This document shows, in pieces, positions 30,588 through 39,521 of a stretch of DNA of 39,521 nt. Under the pieces are notes generated by a model. It was not told where the DNA came from and did no database searches. It saw nothing but the letters and a program-made list of their open reading frames with translations. The stretch's first letter is position 1, and each line of letters opens with the position of its first letter. The translations under genes and the position numbers were made by a program. The DNA is from Stramenopiles sp. TOSAG23-2 (taxonomy: Eukaryota), in assembly GCA_900128395.1 (NCBI GenBank), contig LT649312.1, positions 1-39,521 of the forward strand, read 5' to 3'.

Positions 30588-31814
30588 ATGAATATGAATA
30601 CTACCGAAGTCACAGTGAATGGCATTCTATCCACTGGCCTTGATGATAAGTCAAAATTACATGCATTGGAGCGACTAAGGGCCAGGGTAAACTTTGAGAT
30701 TACAAAAATACGCAAACATCGCCTACAAAATTATGATTTTTCAACATTACCTGGTATTGATGATATTTGCGTGAAAACAATCATACCATATCTTTGTAAT
30801 GATACTCAAGCATTAGTAAATATGTTTGCAAGAACCACTAAACGTTTTCTTAATGTATCAACAGTACAAGTTGCTTATTATAAAATAGTTTTACCGAGAA
30901 AATATGTTTGTATTCCAGGAAATGAATTGATTCATGGAAGCAAATGTGGTACATTAACACTAAAAGATGCATCGATATTAGTGAATACGTTAAACCATTC
31001 AATCCGGCTGTTTGAAAATAATGATTCAATGTTGCATTGTTTGCACTATGCAGGACTTAATGGCCATTTATCGATTGTGCAGTTTTTGGTAGAGGAATTT
31101 GACATGGATATACATGTAAAGGATGGAGAGGGTAATTGTGTTACGTATTTAAGTGCCTTACATGGGAACATGGGTGTAGCAGACTATTTAGTAGCAAAAG
31201 GCGGTGATTTGCATAACAAAAACAAAGGGGTGTTGGATAGGTTAACAGCACATTATAAGAAAGAATTTCCACGCATTTCGCCATTAGTGTGTTTATGTAA
31301 AAAAGGACGTTTAGAGGATGTGCAATTATTGATTAAAGCAGTCCATGATGTGAATAGTAGTAATGGCAATGGTATGGCAGTGAAAGAATACGTGAATAAA
31401 GCCGGTAGAACCAGTACAGCCAGTAGAAGTCGGGAAGTTACACCTTTAATGGCAGCTGCAGGGGGCGAACATTTCCAAGTAGTTAAATATTTAATTGAAC
31501 AATGTGAAGCTGATCCTAATATTGCAGATAGTTATGGACAGAATGCATTACATTGGGCAGTAGGTACTAAGAGAACGGATACTGGTGTGATTCAGCTCTT
31601 GTTGAATAATATGTCTCTTGATAGTATTAATAAGAAGAGCAGGTGGGGATACACTCCCCTGGACAGGGCATATCAATATAATAATAGACTATTATTTAAT
31701 AATAGTCCAATTCGCTACCAAGAGATCATTAGGCTTATACGTTCAAAAGGTGGAAAAGCAAATGTTCATGATGAAAATGGTAGAGGTTTAATAAAAAATT
31801 CATGCATTTATTAA
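30588..31814 (+). CDS. F-box-like + ankyrin-repeat protein
   Basis: F-box-like FSTLPGIDDICVKTIIPYL..NMFARTTKRF (about 30738-30858). ANK repeats CLHYAGLNGH, YLSALHGN, SPLVCLCKKG, TPLMAAA, NALHWA, YTPLDRA. The last units are near-identical in DNA to those at 2372-2437. Confidence 0.8.
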   Translation: MNMNTTEVTVNGILSTGLDDKSKLHALERLRARVNFEITKIRKHRLQNYDFSTLPGIDDICVKTIIPYLCNDTQALVNMFARTTKRFLNVSTVQVAYYKIVLPRKYVCIPGNELIHGSKCGTLTLKDASILVNTLNHSIRLFENNDSMLHCLHYAGLNGHLSIVQFLVEEFDMDIHVKDGEGNCVTYLSALHGNMGVADYLVAKGGDLHNKNKGVLDRLTAHYKKEFPRISPLVCLCKKGRLEDVQLLIKAVHDVNSSNGNGMAVKEYVNKAGRTSTASRSREVTPLMAAAGGEHFQVVKYLIEQCEADPNIADSYGQNALHWAVGTKRTDTGVIQLLLNNMSLDSINKKSRWGYTPLDRAYQYNNRLLFNNSPIRYQEIIRLIRSKGGKANVHDENGRGLIKNSCIY

Positions 31815-32147
31815 AATATTAAATACATCTCGTACCAAAAACTAAAAATATATGACAATACAAAAGTAAAAGAAAAGAAAGAGAAGAAAAAAAAGAGGAA
31901 AGAGAGGAGGAAAAAGAGGGAGCGAGAAAAATTTTTTTTTTTATTTATTTTTTAAAAAATAATAATTTTTTAACGATTTTTATAAAGGCGAGTCTTAAAT
32001 CCAAAAAATTTTCGGCAGATTTTTTTTCTAAGAGGTACCCCTTTGGCGTTCATGAAAAATTAAGTTGTCCACCCTGTAATTTTGTTTTATTTTCCGGAAA
32101 CCGGAAAGCCCCTCTCCCCTCTCCACCCTCTTCAAATTCTCTAAAAA

Positions 32148-34868
32148 CTAAAAACGATATCGACCCCTTGCCATTCCACCAAAACCATTGCTTGGATTAT
32201 GACTAGTATTACTATTCCATCGATTGAAATTCTTATTTTTAAATCCATGGCTTGATGGTGGATTCCGTAATGCATGGCTTGATGGTGGCGCACGAATACC
32301 AAACCCAGCAGTGCCAAAACCAGCTGTACCTCTACGGATACCATGTGAGCTTCTCAATCCATGGGAGGAACCGACTAAACGCCCACCTACATTACGACCA
32401 GAACTAGATGGTGGTTGCCTACCATGACTAGATGGTGGACCTTTGAAAGAAAAACGATCAGATTGTTGACCATAACCAGATGATCGTTGTCCATAACCTG
32501 AACTATTCACATTGCTATAATTATTTTTCTTGGAATTAAAACCAGACGGTTGATAATAATTCATCGATGTACGTTTATTATGCGAATCATCACGAGAGCT
32601 ATGCGTTCCTCTAGAACTATGCGTTCCATTTCTACCATGACTACTATAACTATGATGATGATTGTGATAGCTGTTATTATTACCATTGCTATTGCTATTA
32701 CTGCTACTATCTACTTCACCAAATTTAAATTCATATGGAACACCACCAGAATCTTTTTCACGAACTAATTTTTCTCTACCAATACGTTGATCATTATTAT
32801 TAATAATATTTTGCCGATTATGATGATCATTACTATTTGTAACATCTTTTGGACCACCACGATGATTACCATTACTACTACTACTACTACTGCTACTATT
32901 ACTATCTTGTTGTTGATGATGATCTGATTTAGTATTATTACCATATCTACTACCAATTAAAAATGATGCATTTGCTTCTTTCACACCACGTTTTGGAATC
33001 GAAGGTCGATATTTATCTTTATTATAACGTCTTGATCTACCACCATGTATTTTTCGTATACCATTTCCTTGATTTTCATCATCTAATCTTAAATTTGGAA
33101 ATGCTACTAAACGTTTTGCTTTAGGAGTCGATGCGCGTAAACCTGGATCATTTTGATGATAATGATGATAATTATTATTATCATTTTCATTATTGTAGAG
33201 ATTATTATTATTGCTACGTTCAATTGGTTTATCATATTGATTTTTTTTATTAATATGTTCACGACTATCTATACCGACCATGCTACTATTTGAACTTTTA
33301 ACATTGACAACGTTGTTTTTACTACCTTCATGATCATCATATTTAGACGAAGCATTATAATCTTGTTGTTGTTGATGTGATGGTGGTGTCATCGCACGGT
33401 TGTTGCCATTGCTATTGCTATTATTATTATTATTATTATTATTAGTAGTAGTAGTATTGCTTTGATTGACATTTGGTAAATGTGAAGAAGATGTTTGTAT
33501 TTTACTTTCTAATTGATCTATTGCATCTTTATGTACTTCTTCTTCAAAACGTTCTAATGATCGATCACGATGTCGTTTTTCCCTACGTTCCCGTCTATCA
33601 ATACTACGATCTCTATCACGTCTACTATCTTTACTACGATTTCTACCACGTTCCCTACGTCGTTCTCGTCTTTCTTCACGTTCAATCGATTTATTATCTC
33701 TACGATTATGATTATTACTATTATTATTATTATTATTTTCCTCATCGATTAATGAACTACTTCGTCTTTCTCTACTTCTACCACGACTTCGATCCCTATC
33801 ATTGTTTCTTCGTTCTCTACTCCTTTCCCTGCTACTTTCACGGCTTCCACGTTTTTCCCTACTTCTACCACGGCTTTCATCACGATTACGTTGTCTACCC
33901 CGATCACGTTTTTTACTACGTTTACGTTTCATTGCAAATTCACTATCATCTAATGCTAAACTAGCTTTAAATTCATCTTTAAAATCATTTGCAAATGTTT
34001 CAAAATGTTCACAACGCATTAATTCCGTACATGTCGCACGTCGGTCTGGATCATAATCTAAACATAAACTCATTGCTTCTAATTGGGATTTATTTATATT
34101 TGCAAATCGTTTTTCAAGTGTTTCCAATTCATTATCTGTAACTTCTGGTATTTTCACACCAACAAATAATGGATTTTGATGGAAAAATTTCATTTGTTGA
34201 TCTGTTAATTTACCAAAACATCGTATGATATGAAACAATTGATCAATATCGGATTCACCTGGGAATAATGGCAAGCCATTTGTAATTTCAGCAAACATGC
34301 AACCAATTGCCCATACATCTACACCTTTCCCATAGGATGTATCCCCAACTAATAATTCCGGGGAACGATACCAACGTGTACTAACATAATCTGTATATTT
34401 TGCTTTTGGACCAGCTAATGTACGTGCAAAACCAAAATCACATATTTTTAATATACCATTTTTCGATACTAATAAATTTTCTGGTTTAATATCACGGTGT
34501 ATTACATTGTGTGCATGGCAAAATTCCAATGCACGGCATAGTTGCCACATGATTTTTTTCACTGCATTTTTACTTAAACCATCTGGATGTTTTTCTAAAT
34601 CTTCTAATATTGTACGATCTACATATTCAAAGACTAAATATAATTTACCTTTTCTACGAAAGACTTCTATTAAGTTGACGATATTTTCATGTTTCAATTG
34701 TTTCAATATACGCACTTCCCGCAATGCTGTTTTACGTACTTGTTCATCTTCATCCGATTCTTTAAATTTTTTAATTGCAACAATTTGTCCAGTTTCTTTA
34801 TGTCGACATTTTAATACAACACCATATGTACCTTCCCCAATTGTACCTAAATTTTCATAATTTTCCAT
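32148..34868 (-). CDS. CDKL: Cyclin-dependent kinase-like (CDKL family) protein kinase with long low-complexity tail
   Basis: GEGTYGVV, VAIKKFKES, RKTALRE, HRDIKPEN, CDFGFAR, TDY activation loop, TRWYRSPELLVGD, PLFPGESDIDQL. Tail is RS/RE-rich with PPSSHG repeats. Subfamily not assigned. Confidence 0.92.
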   Translation of the reverse strand: MENYENLGTIGEGTYGVVLKCRHKETGQIVAIKKFKESDEDEQVRKTALREVRILKQLKHENIVNLIEVFRRKGKLYLVFEYVDRTILEDLEKHPDGLSKNAVKKIMWQLCRALEFCHAHNVIHRDIKPENLLVSKNGILKICDFGFARTLAGPKAKYTDYVSTRWYRSPELLVGDTSYGKGVDVWAIGCMFAEITNGLPLFPGESDIDQLFHIIRCFGKLTDQQMKFFHQNPLFVGVKIPEVTDNELETLEKRFANINKSQLEAMSLCLDYDPDRRATCTELMRCEHFETFANDFKDEFKASLALDDSEFAMKRKRSKKRDRGRQRNRDESRGRSREKRGSRESSRERSRERRNNDRDRSRGRSRERRSSSLIDEENNNNNNSNNHNRRDNKSIEREERRERRRERGRNRSKDSRRDRDRSIDRRERREKRHRDRSLERFEEEVHKDAIDQLESKIQTSSSHLPNVNQSNTTTTNNNNNNNNSNSNGNNRAMTPPSHQQQQDYNASSKYDDHEGSKNNVVNVKSSNSSMVGIDSREHINKKNQYDKPIERSNNNNLYNNENDNNNYHHYHQNDPGLRASTPKAKRLVAFPNLRLDDENQGNGIRKIHGGRSRRYNKDKYRPSIPKRGVKEANASFLIGSRYGNNTKSDHHQQQDSNSSSSSSSSNGNHRGGPKDVTNSNDHHNRQNIINNNDQRIGREKLVREKDSGGVPYEFKFGEVDSSSNSNSNGNNNSYHNHHHSYSSHGRNGTHSSRGTHSSRDDSHNKRTSMNYYQPSGFNSKKNNYSNVNSSGYGQRSSGYGQQSDRFSFKGPPSSHGRQPPSSSGRNVGGRLVGSSHGLRSSHGIRRGTAGFGTAGFGIRAPPSSHALRNPPSSHGFKNKNFNRWNSNTSHNPSNGFGGMARGRYRF

Positions 34869-36236
34869 GATTATTAGGTATGAAAAGGATTATTGTTTAC
34901 TATATGTCTGTCAATATATATATATATATATATATGTATGTATACACAGACACACACACACACGGCACACTTTTAATGTATCTAATCTGTTTTGATCCAA
35001 GAGCTAGCCGATAAGAATGAATACGCAATGTATATATATATATATCACTTTACACCTTGTAGAAATATATATATAATATTTTGTTTGACTTTGTTTTTTG
35101 AAGTGAAAAATTAAAAAAAAAAAAATAAAAAATGTGAGATTGTGATAGCCGTGTTTTTTTGTATACTAAGCGATAGTAGTGACATAGAATGAAATCATGT
35201 TAATATATTTATACTTAGTATTTTGATGTATAAATTCTATTCCTTCTTCATTTTCTTTTTGTAAATATTTTTTTAGTAAAAATAAATAAATTGAAAGAAA
35301 CCTTTATTATCGGGGTACTTTTTTATATTGGAAAATAATGAATAAAATAATATTCATAAAGTAATATAATTATATATTATGTGATTTATTAATTTCTAAT
35401 AATATAAATATAACAATTGCGGATATTACAGCAATGAAATGTAATTTATGATATTAGGACGAAGTATAACAGTTAATCTGGTTCAGGTTTTCAAAATAAC
35501 GATATGTTTTGGAGTCTACCTGGTATTTACCTGCTAGAATAGATTTACAGGTAAATAGCACCGTGAAATGGTAGGGTTACGGTTAGGGTCCAAATAGGTG
35601 TATATTAACATGTAAATAGTAGTCGGAACACACGACATGTAAATAGCATTGTTATAATGGTTTTGGTGGTGGGTTTTTTTTTGTTTTTTTTGTTGCTGAG
35701 GTCCCAGAGCAACCCAGAGGTATAAAAGGTGCAAAGGTTACTTTTTGGGAAAGGTCACATAGGTAGAGAGGAATCCTCTCTCTAGTTTCTAAGGTTAAAG
35801 GTGCAAAATGCAAAAGCAGTGTGTGATGATTTCCGTCTATATATACATATATAACATATATTTAATTTACGCATAATTTAATGTTTTAATTTTTACTCAA
35901 ATTCAAATGATATAATTCCTACTTCCTACTCTTCAAAAGAATACAATAACTGAAATAATTAATATATATTTACACATTTAATCTATTTTAGGTTTTAAGC
36001 TCTCCAATGATCACACATATTTACACCATTTGCATATCCGACCATTGCTATATATACATCTCGCTACATCGCACAACAATATATGGACATTTATACTAAT
36101 TGAGATTCGATTTTTGAGTATGATAGTACAAAAGTACGGATGCACTGGAAAGAAAAGCATGTCTACTTTCGCGTATAATTACAAGTAATTAAATATAGAT
36201 CTCCCATGATCTTACAAGTACATATTTTCTCTAAAT

Positions 36237-37499
36237 CTACTCCTCCTCCCCATCACCTTTTTTATGTCGTAATAAATAACTTGCAATAAAATGACATGGA
36301 TCGATTTCAACTGGTTTATAATTTTCAAATGGTGTATTTATTTTTTTCTCTTCCAATTTCTCACGTCGTTTTAATAATGCAACTAATGATTCTTGTAAAT
36401 CAGGTAAAATATATTTTTCTAAATATTGTTTTGCATTTAATTTTGCATCATCAACAACTGCATATTTACTTGTTTTACGATTATTTAAATTTAAATCAAC
36501 AATAGGTAAATTGCGTACAATGGATACTAATGATTCATCTAATAATAACGATTCGTCATCTTCCATGTTGTTGTTATTATCATTCGATAATAATAACAAT
36601 TCTTGATAATCATATGGTAATTTGTTTTCATTATTTTTTATATTTTGTTTTGATCCTTTATTAATTAAATAATGACCTATTGCTTCATGACCCATCATAA
36701 AACATAAATGTAATGCAGTATCGCCATCTTTATTTTGTATATTTAACTCATTTATATCTTGAATATTATTACATAAATATTCTACAACCTCCATATGACC
36801 TTCTTTACATGCAACCATTAATGAGGTTTCATTATTATTATTTAATACATTCACGAATTGTTGATGTTGTGATGATGATGCATTATTGTTATTATTATTA
36901 CTGTTCGATATAGTTAATAACATTTTACATGATTCTTTTAAACCACACATAGATGCAATGTGTAAAGCTGTATTTCCAGATGGTATTTGTTTTTCCATAA
37001 TACCTAATGTTTCTCCAACAATACTATTCTGTTTCTCCATTGTATTAATATTATCATCATCCGACATTGTACTGTAAATTGATTCTATTAATTCTTTTAA
37101 TATTTTTGGTTGTCGACATGCATGAAAAATTGGTAAATTATTTTTTCTATCTGTTTTTTTTAATATTAATGATAACCAATTTGGTTTATGTTTTACAATA
37201 TGTGTACATAATATGTATACGCATTCATACGATTGTTTTTCAATTGCTAAATGCAATGGCATACGCCCTTGTGCATCTTCCATTATAATATCACCACCTA
37301 ATTTATTTTCTAATAATATTTTTAATGCATTTGAATTATTTACGGATATAGATAAATGTAAAAACGTAGATGAATTATTTGTTTTTTGTTGCGTTGATAA
37401 TTGTTTTTTTAATGTTACATTTGTATTTGCATTTTCAATTAATTCCAATAACAATGCATCGTCTCGATTGTATATAGCATTTGTAATCTTAGATGACAT
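36237..37499 (-). CDS. Ankyrin-repeat protein with C-terminal Dpy-30/RIIa-like docking motif
   Basis: ATG at 37499 (MSSK). ANK motifs TFLHLS, GRMPLHLA, GNTALHIA, ETSLMVAC, GDTALHLC. C-terminal QYLEKYILPDLQESLVALL..DPCHFIASYLLRH. Confidence 0.8.
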   Translation of the reverse strand: MSSKITNAIYNRDDALLLELIENANTNVTLKKQLSTQQKTNNSSTFLHLSISVNNSNALKILLENKLGGDIIMEDAQGRMPLHLAIEKQSYECVYILCTHIVKHKPNWLSLILKKTDRKNNLPIFHACRQPKILKELIESIYSTMSDDDNINTMEKQNSIVGETLGIMEKQIPSGNTALHIASMCGLKESCKMLLTISNSNNNNNNASSSQHQQFVNVLNNNNETSLMVACKEGHMEVVEYLCNNIQDINELNIQNKDGDTALHLCFMMGHEAIGHYLINKGSKQNIKNNENKLPYDYQELLLLSNDNNNNMEDDESLLLDESLVSIVRNLPIVDLNLNNRKTSKYAVVDDAKLNAKQYLEKYILPDLQESLVALLKRREKLEEKKINTPFENYKPVEIDPCHFIASYLLRHKKGDGEEE

Positions 37500-37649
37500 G
37501 TTGGATTTGATTGTAATCAAAGTAGTAGTAGTAATGTTTGTCCAATTAATTCCAATAACAATGCATCGTCTCGATTGTATATAGCATTTGTAATCTTAGA
37601 TGACATGTTGGATTTGATTGTAATCAAAGTAGTAGTAGTAATGTTTGTC
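37436..37649. repeat. Exact 107-bp tandem duplication (37436-37542 / 37543-37649)
   Basis: Two identical copies spanning the start codon of the ANK/Dpy-30 gene. Confidence 0.95.
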
Positions 37650-37833
37650 TAGATCTTTTGTCTTTTCCATTGTATTCTTCAAGATTGATATATATATCCT
37701 ATTTGTTTTCTATTATTATGTTTTAAATAAGTAAATATATATAACGGACAGACTTTGTTGTATTTAGTGGTGTGTTATTATATATTAATTTATATAGGGA
37801 TATTGTAGTTGATAGTATATAAATAGATATATA

Positions 37834-39521
37834 TTAATTATTATGTAGGAATATCTCCATCCTTTTCACTTGTTGATACCCGTTTGATCCAGCTTGTTTA
37901 TATTGTTGTATAGCTTTTAATTGTGATTTCATATTAGAACTAAGTTGATTATTAACTAGGCGCAATCTCCATAATGTATTGTTTGTTTTTAATCCATCAA
38001 TAATACTTTGTACATCAGTAATATTATTATTATATAGGCGCAAGAACTCTAATGTCTTGTTTGTTTTTAATCCTTCACCAATACTTTGTACATCAGTAAT
38101 ATTATTACCATATAGGTACAAGTGCGTTAATGTATTGTTTGTTTTTAATCCATCACCAATACTTTGTACATCAGTAATATTATTATCATCTAGGAGCAAT
38201 ATCGTTAATGTCTTGTTTGTTTTTAATCCTTCACCAATACTTTGTACATCAGTAATATTATTACCATATAGGTACAAGTGCGTTAATGTATTGTTTGTTT
38301 TTAATCCATCACCAATACTTTGTACATCAGTAATATTATTACCATATAGGTACAAGTGCGTTAATGTATTGTTTGTTTTTAATCCATCACCAATACTTTG
38401 TACATCAGTAATATTATTATTACCTAGGTCCAATCTCGTTAATGTATTGTTTGTTTTTAATCCATCACCAATACTTTGTATTCCACCATCATCAGTAATA
38501 TTATTATTATATAGGTTCAATACTCTTAATGTATTGTTTGTTTTTAATGCTTCGCCAATACTTTGTACATCAGTAATATTATTATCATGTAGGAGCAATA
38601 CCTGTAATGTATTGTTTGTTTTTAATCCTTCACCGATACTTTGTACATCAGTAATATTATTATTACGTAGGTACAATGTCTCTAATGTATTATTTGTTTT
38701 TAATCCTTCGCCAATAATTTGTACATCAGTAATATTATTATTAGATAGGGACAATTTCATTAATGTATTGTTTGATTTTAATCCTTCACCAATACTTTGT
38801 ACATCAGTAATAGTATTATTATTTAGGTACAATTCCGTTAATGTATTGTTTGTATTTAATGCTTCACCAATACTTTGTACATCAGTAATATTATTACCAG
38901 ATAGATACAATTCCTTTAATGTATTGTTTGTTTTTAATGCTTCACCAATACTTTGTACATCAGTAATATTATTATTACGTAGGACCAATGTCTCTAATGT
39001 ATTGTTTGTTTTTAACCCTTCACCAATACTTTGTACATCAGTAATATTATTATTACGCAGGTACAATGTCTCTAATGTATTGTTTGTTTTCAACAATTCA
39101 CCAATACTTTGTACATCAGTAATATTATTATTATCTAGGTCCAAGTTCGTTAACGTATAGTTCGTTAATGTATTGTTTGTTTTTAATGCATCACCAATAC
39201 TTTGTACATCAGTAATAGTATTATTATTTAGGTACAACCTCGTTAATGTATTGTTTGTTTTTAATGCATCACCAATACTTTGTACATCAGTAATATTATT
39301 ATTACGTAGGGCCAAGTACATCAATGTATTGTTTGTTTTTAACACTTCACCAATACTTTGTACATCCTCATCACGGATGTTCTTTCCATCCAAATTTACA
39401 TTACTGTCAGCAAAATTGACTCCATATTTTTTTGTTAATACAACTCTAAAATAATAACAACGCAAAGGATCATATTCAAGAAATTTTTTACATGTTTTCG
39501 CAAACATATTTATCATTGCAA
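37834..39521 (-). CDS. Probable F-box + LRR protein with 18 tandem 26-aa RI-like LRRs (probably 5'-truncated by window edge)
   Basis: 78-bp unit DVQSIG(E/D)xLKTNNTLxxLxLxxNNIT, 18 copies. N-terminal INMFAKTCKKFL..YYFRVVLTKKY aligns with the end of the F-box-like region of the 30588 gene (VNMFARTTKRFL..YYKIVLPRKY). Confidence 0.88.
   Translation of the reverse strand, partial: AMINMFAKTCKKFLEYDPLRCYYFRVVLTKKYGVNFADSNVNLDGKNIRDEDVQSIGEVLKTNNTLMYLALRNNNITDVQSIGDALKTNNTLTRLYLNNNTITDVQSIGDALKTNNTLTNYTLTNLDLDNNNITDVQSIGELLKTNNTLETLYLRNNNITDVQSIGEGLKTNNTLETLVLRNNNITDVQSIGEALKTNNTLKELYLSGNNITDVQSIGEALNTNNTLTELYLNNNTITDVQSIGEGLKSNNTLMKLSLSNNNITDVQIIGEGLKTNNTLETLYLRNNNITDVQSIGEGLKTNNTLQVLLLHDNNITDVQSIGEALKTNNTLRVLNLYNNNITDDGGIQSIGDGLKTNNTLTRLDLGNNNITDVQSIGDGLKTNNTLTHLYLYGNNITDVQSIGDGLKTNNTLTHLYLYGNNITDVQSIGEGLKTNKTLTILLLDDNNITDVQSIGDGLKTNNTLTHLYLYGNNITDVQSIGEGLKTNKTLEFLRLYNNNITDVQSIIDGLKTNNTLWRLRLVNNQLSSNMKSQLKAIQQYKQAGSNGYQQVKRMEIFLHNN

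Noticed and set aside
37950-39345. CRISPR array (constant blocks with short variable spacers)
   Set aside because: The 78-bp period is a coding LRR in an open frame, variable parts are under 25 nt with fixed Leu codons, and there are no cas genes.
37950-39345. Diversity-generating retroelement target (NNG/NNC/NNT pattern mimics AAN templates)
   Set aside because: No reverse transcriptase or template repeat in the window, and synonymous adenines in ACA, TTA and CTA are nearly invariant, unlike adenine-directed mutagenesis.
37979-39454. Plus-strand ORFs of 393 and 93 aa
   Set aside because: Antisense shadows of the LRR repeat, starting at non-ATG codons.
1-39521. Prokaryotic defence island or giant-virus genome
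   Set aside because: A spliceosomal intron, CDKL, CAP-Gly/PP2C and IQ/C2 genes with homopolymer tracts indicate a eukaryotic nuclear locus; no viral core genes or operons are seen.

Overview
AT-rich, gene-dense, almost intron-free eukaryotic DNA. Poly-Asn/Gln tracts, one spliceosomal intron and probable ciliary genes point to a flagellate protist, possibly a stramenopile from a single-cell or metagenome assembly (inference). Apparent housekeeping genes (IQ/C2 protein, CAP-Gly/RanBD/PP2C, CDKL kinase, ANK/Dpy-30-like) are interspersed with what looks like a modular innate-immune toolkit. (1) A giant gene running from beyond the left edge to about 7.47 kb: hypervariable ankyrin array, kinase, WWE-like domain and tankyrase-like PARP catalytic domain with a Nudix hydrolase inserted inside it, followed by a second PARP-core copy. 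(2) A 2114-aa STAND/NB-ARC NLR-like protein with BRCT, WGR-like, HEPN, CHAT protease and ankyrin domains. (3) F-box-like proteins ending in either the same ankyrin module or an 18-unit LRR array whose exposed codons vary on a nearly invariant DNA scaffold, plus an ANK-LRR chimeric pseudogene. Also present: a 1.1-kb nested palindrome with a flip-flop spacer, an LRR multi-pass receptor, a decayed virus-type adenine methyltransferase, and three exact 105-107 bp tandem duplications that are probably assembly artefacts. All domain calls come from motif recognition by eye; no searches were run.
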